Assembly (NCBI GenBank): GCA_009885415.1
Contig: VFKU01000787.1
Coordinates: 1-25,439, forward strand
Length of the DNA: 25,439 nt
Origin: Rhodothermota bacterium
Lineage (GTDB): Bacteria; Hydrogenedentota; Hydrogenedentia; Hydrogenedentales; GCA-2746185
Direction of reading: 5' to 3'
Part shown: positions 1 to 6,487 of the stretch, in pieces
Layout of the letters: each line of letters begins with the position of its first letter
How positions within the stretch are numbered: position 1 is the first letter of the stretch
Made by a program: the position numbers and the translations under genes
Notes under the pieces: model-generated
Database searches by the model: none
Told to the model about the DNA's origin: nothing
Seen by the model: the letters and a program-made list of their open reading frames with translations, nothing else

Positions 1-53
1 GCGAGTCCTTTGAGGATCGAGCGGCGGGTGATAGTGGGGGATGGGTGGGACAT
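1..53 (-). CDS. 5' end of a probable Tat-exported protein (partial, runs off the left edge)
   Basis: Minus-strand ATG at 53-51, preceded by GGAG, reads MSHPSPTITRRSILKGL. TRRSILK matches the twin-arginine consensus (S/T)RRxFLK. Not in the ORF track because it is truncated. Confidence 0.6.
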   Translation of the reverse strand, partial: MSHPSPTITRRSILKGL

Positions 54-195
54 TCGAAGGTCTCCATGAGTACGAATCGCGGATGGCTTCGACGCCTCGC
101 CCAATTCGTGCTCGTTACAGTGGCTCAAGTTCAAAATCTCGCTTTCTCCACCCCCTCGAACCGTTTGACCAGGGAGCGTAAATTCTCATAAATGA

Positions 196-1167
196 TCACA
201 GGCTAAAAAGGTTATCGGGCACAACAATGACGAGGGATTTATCCGTTTCGACTTCGTTCACTCTACGGTTGTAGCACTCAAGAAAGCTTCTTAGACTTCC
301 ACCAACCGCTTTAGCCGAAAAAAAGGAATTCTCATCCAAATTTGTCGCGACGAAGGCTTCTATTGAGAGCACAGTAACCTTCTCGGGATTCGAATAATCT
401 TCAATCAGCCCGCGAGCCGTGGGAACGCGTTTTTCGGGAACCAAGAGATAAGGGCGTAGACCCGCAACTATATTCTGTTCGCAGCGCTGGCAATGTCCTT
501 GGTTGGGCGCGACCGTTATGTGGAATGCGACGTCATTGAGAACAAAATCGCCGTGTCGACCAAGTTGCTTGTCTGCGGTTGTAACACTCTGGTTCTCAAC
601 TCGAATTTGCGGAAAACTTACTTCGAGTTTCGCGCCGACCATGTGCTGCGCCACCGATCCATCCTTTTTGAAAACTCTGGCGGACGCTAAAATCCGCTGA
701 ATGTTCTCGAATGTACTCAGGGCGGGGTCGAGCGCGACTTCCAGCCGGCGATCGGCGAGCCAATCCTGAACTCTATCGGCGAGAAAACTCTGACACCTTC
801 CGATCAGTTCGAGTCTCTTCGAAACAGCCAGCTTCTCTATCCCAGCGTCACCGAGGAGGCTTAACAATTCCTCGCAATTCGGAATGTTTCCTCGATTAGT
901 CCGGATTCCATCCCCCACGAATTCCTTCTCAATTCCATATCGTTCGTTAAGTAATTTTCTTAGTCGCGCAGGAGACGCACCGGCGATCTGGGTGCCTTTT
1001 TCTGCACGATGACTTTGAATGTTCAGATTGCAGTCATTCCTCAAACGCTCAAGCAAAATGAACGACGATCCAATGGCTCCTCTGGAAGGAAATCCGTCGG
1101 GCTGCAACTGAAGAGCGTTGAACCACTTGGAGAACGCCAGGAAAGTATTTTCGATGGATGGTTTCAA
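196..1167 (-). CDS. DUF4928-like protein, putative restriction endonuclease partner of the adjacent methyltransferase (about 323 aa)
   Basis: Motifs VAQHMVGAKL, ADKQLGRHGDF..FHITVAP, SIEAFVATN and YNRRVNEVETDKSL resemble the DUF4928 family as I recall it. Preferred start is TTG at 1167-1165, overlapping the upstream TGA (TTGA); the track start at 1200 is also a TTG. The endonuclease role is inferred from gene context. Confidence 0.7.
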   Translation of the reverse strand: MKPSIENTFLAFSKWFNALQLQPDGFPSRGAIGSSFILLERLRNDCNLNIQSHRAEKGTQIAGASPARLRKLLNERYGIEKEFVGDGIRTNRGNIPNCEELLSLLGDAGIEKLAVSKRLELIGRCQSFLADRVQDWLADRRLEVALDPALSTFENIQRILASARVFKKDGSVAQHMVGAKLEVSFPQIRVENQSVTTADKQLGRHGDFVLNDVAFHITVAPNQGHCQRCEQNIVAGLRPYLLVPEKRVPTARGLIEDYSNPEKVTVLSIEAFVATNLDENSFFSAKAVGGSLRSFLECYNRRVNEVETDKSLVIVVPDNLFSL

Positions 1168-2783
1168 GAGGCGTATGCAGGCGTGCTGCCCGGGCGACAA
1201 CGTATTAATTCATTTAGGACCGGGTTGAGATAGTACTTCGAAATCCAGTCCACGGCAGGCACGCAGACCGCATCTCCAAATCCAAACAACGCCTGATTCC
1301 CTTTGACAGTAATGCGGAAGTCGCCCGCCCCCATCAGTCTCGCACATTCTCTCGGCGTAAGCAGCCGTGCTTTATAGCGCCCATACCCGGCCTTGAAAAG
1401 AATTTGCCGTGCACTGCCACCTTTGGGGGTGCGAAGACAACCCGCTATGCCGTCGCATCTAAGCTCCGCTGTCGACACACCATTGCGTATTCGACGGAAC
1501 ACGGTTCCATATGCCCAGACTCGTTTCTTCATCATTTCGCATGCGAGCTTCTTGTGCCTTTCACTCATCTGACTAAGGAGATAATCCGCGCGATCCTCCG
1601 ACCACCATTCGGGCGCAGCATCCGGAAAATCTTCCAGAATTTCCTTAAGCTCAATAGACAGAACAGGTGGCGGCGGTAAATCGCGAACACGCCACCTTAT
1701 ATCCGGAGATTGAAAAATAAAATCCGCCAGCACAGCTGGCCGCACAGCGCTCTGGTAGAACAGAGGTTCTTCTGCGACTTGATGGACGACGTCTAAGTTT
1801 TCACGAATGCCAATGACAAATAGTCTTTGTCTGCTCTGGGGCACAAAATTAAGCGCATCGAGAATAAATGCGTCGACTGCATAGCCAAGATCGTTTAGCA
1901 TACGGAGCGCATCGCGAAAGTCGTTGCCATTGTGCGAGCTAAGAAATCCAGGCACGTTTTCTATAAGTACTATAGCGGGTCGTTTCTCCTGCATCAGTCT
2001 TAGACAATTCGTGAAACCCCAGAAAGCAGATGAATGCTTGCCTTGAAGCCCGCGGCGTGCACCAGCCAATGACAAGTCGGTGCAAGGGAACGATGCAGTT
2101 GCTAGTGTTGCAGCGGGAATCTTCGAAGCGTCGAGCGAGTTCACGTCCTCAAGCAAATAGAGACCATTCGCCCCATCATCGAATTGCGCCTCGTACATCT
2201 CCTTTTTTGCCGGATCGATGTCATTTGCAAACACTGTTCGCCAGCCAGATTTTTCCAAACCCATTCTCATTAAACCGATTCCTGCGAAGAATTCCAGTAC
2301 AGTTCTCCCTAGTAGGCGTTCGATTATGTCTCTGGGCACCCTATCTTCTAAGATTGTTCGCTCAACAGTTGTTACGCACTCATCTGCCCGAGCGCGAATA
2401 TCAGCCTCCCAAAATCGCAGGACTTTCCAGCCTTCTAGCAGCAACTGCGAGGTCGATTCGATATCTCGCTCCATATTACGTCGAATCTTGCGTGTCCAGT
2501 AATCCTTGGAAGATGTAGCGGTAAATTGATCCTCAATGCAGGCGAGATCTCGCGTCTGCCATTGAGCACCGTGCCAGAACTCGCCATCAACAAATATCGC
2601 AACTCGATGCTTTGCCAACACCAAATCCGGTTTGCCCGGAAGAGTCCGATCGCAGACACGGAAGCGGAGACCGCGTTTAGATAGTGCGTGCCTAAGCAAT
2701 AGCTCCGGTTCAGTGCCGTCGCTCCTTACGCGCCGCATCCGATCAGAAATCGAAGCCGTGGATTTTAAGGATTTTCGGGCCAT
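1164..2783 (-). CDS. vsr-dcm: Vsr (very-short-patch repair) endonuclease fused to a DNA (cytosine-5) methyltransferase (about 539 aa)
   Basis: N-terminal Vsr motifs: MRRVRSDGTEPE, LPGKPDLV, IFVDGEFWHG, YWTRKIRRNMERD, GWKVLRFWE. C5-MTase motifs: I FFAGIG, IV FPC (SFPCTDLS), VI ENV, VIII QSRQRLF, IX RLLTPRECARLMG, X FGDAV. No stop between the domains. ATG at 2783 is preferred over the track's GTG at 2825. Confidence 0.92.
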   Translation of the reverse strand: MARKSLKSTASISDRMRRVRSDGTEPELLLRHALSKRGLRFRVCDRTLPGKPDLVLAKHRVAIFVDGEFWHGAQWQTRDLACIEDQFTATSSKDYWTRKIRRNMERDIESTSQLLLEGWKVLRFWEADIRARADECVTTVERTILEDRVPRDIIERLLGRTVLEFFAGIGLMRMGLEKSGWRTVFANDIDPAKKEMYEAQFDDGANGLYLLEDVNSLDASKIPAATLATASFPCTDLSLAGARRGLQGKHSSAFWGFTNCLRLMQEKRPAIVLIENVPGFLSSHNGNDFRDALRMLNDLGYAVDAFILDALNFVPQSRQRLFVIGIRENLDVVHQVAEEPLFYQSAVRPAVLADFIFQSPDIRWRVRDLPPPPVLSIELKEILEDFPDAAPEWWSEDRADYLLSQMSERHKKLACEMMKKRVWAYGTVFRRIRNGVSTAELRCDGIAGCLRTPKGGSARQILFKAGYGRYKARLLTPRECARLMGAGDFRITVKGNQALFGFGDAVCVPAVDWISKYYLNPVLNELIRCRPGSTPAYAS

Positions 2784-2810
2784 TCGCAAGGTACTCTGTG
2801 TTTTCAGACA

Positions 2811-2839
2811 AGCATACGGACTCACATTTCTAAGCGCAA
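2811..2839 (-). promoter_or_regulatory. Candidate sigma70 promoter for the vsr-MTase/DUF4928 operon
   Basis: On the minus strand, TTGCGC (2839-2834), a 17-nt spacer and TATGCT (2816-2811); the -10 box ends 27 nt upstream of the ATG at 2783. Confidence 0.45.
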
Positions 2840-2880
2840 GGTGCTAGGACACGACCGGAGGACAACCTCAGGCGCTACCT

Positions 2881-4047
2881 TCAATACGACTTCGGCAGGC
2901 CCATGACGTGTTCGCCGATGAAATTTAGCGCCATTTCTTGCGAGACGGGCGCGATTTTGTAGAGCCGGACCTCGCGCCAGAGCCGCTCGATGTGGTACTC
3001 GCGGGCGTAGCCCATGCCGCCGTGGGTTTGGAGCGAGGCGTCGCAGGCCTCGAAGCCGGCGTCGGCGGCGCGCAGCTTGGCGATGTTCGCTTCCGCGCCG
3101 CAGGCGTGGTTGTGGTCGTAGAGCCACGCGCCGTGCAGCACCATGAGCCACGCGACCTCGAGCTTGCTGTAGGCCTCGGCCAGCGGAAACTGGATGCCTT
3201 GGTTCGCACCGATGGGCCGGCCGAAGACGACGCGCTCCTTCGCGTAGCGCACGCCGAGGTCGAGCGCGGCGCGGCCGATGCCGACCGCTTCCGCGGCGAC
3301 CATGAGCCGCTCGGGGTTGAGCCCGGAAATGAGCTGGTAAAAGCCCTTGCCTTCTTCGCCGACGAGCGCGCTCGCGGGCACGCGGACCTGGTCGAGGAAG
3401 AGTTCGTTCGAGTCCACCGCCGCGCGGCCGAGCTTGTCGATCTCGCGGATGGTGACGCCGGGCAAGGTGAGGTCGACGAGGAAGAGCGACATACCCATCG
3501 TCTTCTTCTCGCACTGCTCGAAGGGCGTCGTGCGCGCGAGGAGCAGCGTCCGGCCCGAGCGCTGCAAATTGCTCGACCAGACTTTCTTGCCCGTGATGAG
3601 GTAGTCGTCGCCGTCGCGCACCGCGCGCGTCGTGATGCGCGAGGTGTCGGTGCCGGCGTCGGGCTCGGTGATGCTGAAGCCGAGGCTGAGTTCGCCCGCG
3701 GCGATTTTCGGGAGGAGATCCTTTTTCTGTTCTTCGCTGCCGTACTTGATCACCGGCATCGGGGGAAAAAACGCGAAGTGTACCGGCGAGGCGCCGGTGG
3801 TGCCTGCGCCGGCCGCGCAGATCTCGTGGAGGACGAGACAGGCTTCCGTGATGCCCAGGCCCGCGCCGCCGTAGGCCTCGGGGATGACGACCCCGAGCCA
3901 GCCTGCGTCGGCCATGGCTTTCAGGAAGGCCTCAGGATAGGTGGCGCTCGCGTCGCGCTCGCGCCAATAGTCCAGCCCGAAGCGGTTGCACAGGGCGCGG
4001 ACTTGTGTGCGGATCGCTTCGTGCTCTTCGCTGAGAGTGAAATTCAT
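2881..4047 (-). CDS. Acyl-CoA dehydrogenase family protein (388 aa)
   Basis: FSITEPDAGTD, ITGKKVWSS, LNPERL, VFGRPIGANQGIQF, LQTHGGMGYAREYHIERLWRE motifs. Confidence 0.93.
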   Translation of the reverse strand: MNFTLSEEHEAIRTQVRALCNRFGLDYWRERDASATYPEAFLKAMADAGWLGVVIPEAYGGAGLGITEACLVLHEICAAGAGTTGASPVHFAFFPPMPVIKYGSEEQKKDLLPKIAAGELSLGFSITEPDAGTDTSRITTRAVRDGDDYLITGKKVWSSNLQRSGRTLLLARTTPFEQCEKKTMGMSLFLVDLTLPGVTIREIDKLGRAAVDSNELFLDQVRVPASALVGEEGKGFYQLISGLNPERLMVAAEAVGIGRAALDLGVRYAKERVVFGRPIGANQGIQFPLAEAYSKLEVAWLMVLHGAWLYDHNHACGAEANIAKLRAADAGFEACDASLQTHGGMGYAREYHIERLWREVRLYKIAPVSQEMALNFIGEHVMGLPKSY

Positions 4048-4095
4048 TGCGGCGGCTCCTTGGATTCAATGACCATAACATACGGAGGCCGGGAT

Positions 4096-4166
4096 GGGAG
4101 GGTCGCGCTCCTGCGCGATCGTGGGCCGACCGCGTGCGTGCGGTCGCGCAGGAGCGCGACCCTCCC
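4096..4166. repeat. REP/BIME-like inverted-repeat element (26-bp arms, 19-nt spacer)
   Basis: Arm 4096-4121 GGGAGGGTCGCGCTCCTGCGCGATCG matches the reverse complement of 4141-4166 at 25/26 positions. Each arm contains its own hairpin (GGTCGCGC-AGGA-GCGCGACC). Confidence 0.8.
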
Positions 4167-4213
4167 CTTGCGCGTGTTGGGTTAGGTGTTGGTGTAAAGT
4201 TAGTGGAGTCTAC

Positions 4214-5596
4214 ATGGGGGACACGATCATGTCAGCGACTGCGGGGATCTCGGCAACGGCGATCGAGGAAGTCGAGAGTTTCATGTCGGGGCTGCGCAAG
4301 CGCAATCCCGGCGAAGGGGAATTTCATCAGGCGGTCGAGGAGGTCGCGCGGACGCTGATGCCGTTCATGCTGGAGAATCCGAAATACATCGATGCGATGA
4401 TTCTCGAGCGGATGACCGAGCCGGACCGCGTGGTGATCTTCCGCGTGAGCTGGCAGGACGATGCGGGGAACGTGCGCGTGAACCGCGGCTACCGCATCCA
4501 ATGCAACAACGCGATCGGGCCCTACAAGGGCGGGCTGCGGTTTCACCCCAGCGTGAATCTGAGCATTCTGAAATTCCTCGCCTTCGAGCAGACGCTGAAG
4601 AACAGCTTGACCACGCTGCCGATGGGCGGTGCGAAAGGCGGCGCGAACTTCAATCCGAAGGGGAAGTCCGACCGGGAGATCATGCGGTTTTGCCAGTCGT
4701 TTATGACCGAGCTCGTGCGCTATATCGGCAAGGACCTCGACGTGCCCGCGGGCGACATCGGCGTGGGCGAGCGCGAGATCGGATTCATGTTCGGCCACTA
4801 CCTGCGCATCGCGCGCGAGTTCACCGGCGCGATGACGGGGAAGGGTCTCGCTTTCGGCGGCAGCCTGATTCGGAAGGAGGCGACGGGCTTCGGCTGCTGC
4901 TACTTCGTCGAAGAAATGCTCAACCGCACGGGCGACGGGATCAAGGGGAAAGTGTGCCTCGTGTCCGGCTCGGGCAACGTCGCGCAGCACACGATAGAGA
5001 AGATAAACCATCTCGGCGGCAAGGCCGTGACTGCGTCGGACTCGGACGGTTTCATCCATGATCCGGACGGGATTCGCGACGAGAAGTTACAGTTTTTGAT
5101 GGACCTGAAGAACGTGAAGCGTGGGCGCATCGCGGACTACGCCGAGAAATACAAGTGCGCCTATGTCGCGGGCCAGCGGCCCTGGGGCGTGAAGGCCGAT
5201 CTCGCGTTTCCCTGCGCGACGCAGAACGAGATCAACGAGGCCGAAGCGCGCACCTTGCTGAAGAACGGGCTGAAGGGCGTGGGGGAGGGCGCGAACATGC
5301 CCTCGGAGGAAGCAGCCACCGACGCCTTCCTCGCGGCGAAGATTTTGTATGCGCCGAGCAAAGCGGCGAACGCGGGCGGCGTAGCGGTGTCGGGCCTGGA
5401 GCAGACGCAGAACGCGCAGCGATTACATTGGAGTCGAGAGGAAGTCGACACGAAGTTGCAGGCGATTATGAAGGACATCCACGCGACCTGCGTGAAGTAC
5501 GGCGCCGAGGGCGACTGGGTCAATTACGTGAAGGGCGCGAACCTGGGCGGGTTTGTACGGGTCGCGGATGCGATGCTGGCGTATGGGGTAGTGTAA
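4214..5596 (+). CDS. gdhA: NADP-specific glutamate dehydrogenase (about 460 aa)
   Basis: AIGPYKGGLRFHPSVN, MGGAKGG, DVPAGDIGVG, GSGNVA, EGANMP, KAANAGGVAVSGLE. Start placed at ATG 4214 after GGAG (alternative 4229); the track start at 4094 is an upstream extension. Confidence 0.95.
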   Translation: MGDTIMSATAGISATAIEEVESFMSGLRKRNPGEGEFHQAVEEVARTLMPFMLENPKYIDAMILERMTEPDRVVIFRVSWQDDAGNVRVNRGYRIQCNNAIGPYKGGLRFHPSVNLSILKFLAFEQTLKNSLTTLPMGGAKGGANFNPKGKSDREIMRFCQSFMTELVRYIGKDLDVPAGDIGVGEREIGFMFGHYLRIAREFTGAMTGKGLAFGGSLIRKEATGFGCCYFVEEMLNRTGDGIKGKVCLVSGSGNVAQHTIEKINHLGGKAVTASDSDGFIHDPDGIRDEKLQFLMDLKNVKRGRIADYAEKYKCAYVAGQRPWGVKADLAFPCATQNEINEAEARTLLKNGLKGVGEGANMPSEEAATDAFLAAKILYAPSKAANAGGVAVSGLEQTQNAQRLHWSREEVDTKLQAIMKDIHATCVKYGAEGDWVNYVKGANLGGFVRVADAMLAYGVV

Positions 5597-5631
5597 GCGA
5601 TCAACCTTCCAGTCCAGTGGTTTTTCGATCG

Positions 5632-6282
5632 CTACGACGATGCGGGGGCAGGGGCTTTCTTGGCGGGGCCGATGCCGCGGGTGGTGGCGAATTGGGAGAG
5701 GAGGCCGATGATCGAGAGCGCGATCCATGCGCCGATGACCCAGACGCGCTGGTCTTCGGAGCGCATGGCGGCGCGGAAGGGTTCGATGGGGTCGGTGCCG
5801 CCCTCGTAGAAATACACGCCGCAGGCGATGAGCATCCACGCGCCGAGGACGGAGGTGGCGACGAGCATGACCGGCTTCTCGAGGATCATCGCCATGAGTC
5901 CGCCCACCATGCCGATGCCGAAGACGAAGAGCGGGGCCCAGGCGTCGCCGGAATTTCGGAAGATGTGGTCGGCAATGAGTCCGGCGCCGAGCAGGCCCAC
6001 GAGAAAGATGCCGGCGCGGTAGACGAAGAAGAGCGCAAACGCGCCCGAGATGCCGCCGAGGCCGAGGCCGATGAGTGCGGCGGACTGGTTTCCCCGCGTG
6101 ATCCATAGCGCGATGCTCGCGGCGACACCGCCGGCGAGCAGAAAGCCGGTGAGCGCGATGACGAAGCGGAGGGTGCGGTAGCCGAGGAAGCAATACAGCG
6201 TGCCGACGGCGACCGCGGCGGCCATGACGCCGTTGAGCTGGCTCGGAGTGAGCTTGTCGATGTCGAAGCCCCAATCCGGCAC
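5632..6282 (-). CDS. DUF4203 (TM7S3/TMEM198-like) multi-pass membrane protein (about 216 aa)
   Basis: LYCFLGYRTLRFVIALTGFLLAG, Gly-rich TM repeats, ATSVLGA and final GLLSQF pattern. GTG start at 6282 follows an AGGGGG Shine-Dalgarno-like site; the track's N-terminal 69 aa look non-coding. Confidence 0.7.
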   Translation of the reverse strand: MPDWGFDIDKLTPSQLNGVMAAAVAVGTLYCFLGYRTLRFVIALTGFLLAGGVAASIALWITRGNQSAALIGLGLGGISGAFALFFVYRAGIFLVGLLGAGLIADHIFRNSGDAWAPLFVFGIGMVGGLMAMILEKPVMLVATSVLGAWMLIACGVYFYEGGTDPIEPFRAAMRSEDQRVWVIGAWIALSIIGLLSQFATTRGIGPAKKAPAPASS

Positions 6283-6487
6283 GTGCGTATCCCCCTGTTC
6301 CGCCGTGATTGTCGCGCCCGAGAGACGGCAATTCAACCCGGCGGCACGGGCGGCGCGCGAGTTGCCCGCCGACGCGGGAATTTGGCATACTTCCCGCCGC
6401 TGCAACGCACGCATGGCGTCCACTCCGCACCCGTCCCGCGGTCCACGCCGCGCACCATCCACACAGAGGCATTCACGCGCTCGCCCC

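Larger units (their letters stand above)
196..2860. mobile_element. Lower-GC horizontally acquired cassette (no integrase or transposase seen)
   Basis: Hand counts: 27/60 GC at 241-300 versus 45/60 at 3001-3060. Only the RM-like gene pair lies inside, and host-like sequence flanks both sides. Boundaries are approximate. Confidence 0.55.

Noticed and set aside
1164-2303. Assigning a recognition sequence to the methyltransferase
   Set aside because: The TRD (CLRTPKGGSARQ region) cannot be matched reliably from memory; it needs REBASE comparison or methylome data.
54-2880. att sites or target-site duplication flanking the RM-like cassette
   Set aside because: No convincing direct or inverted repeat found by eye between 54-195 and 2840-2880.
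2938-5059. Long opposite-strand ORFs 2938..4185 (+) and 4232..5059 (-)
   Set aside because: Shadows of the acyl-CoA dehydrogenase and gdhA.
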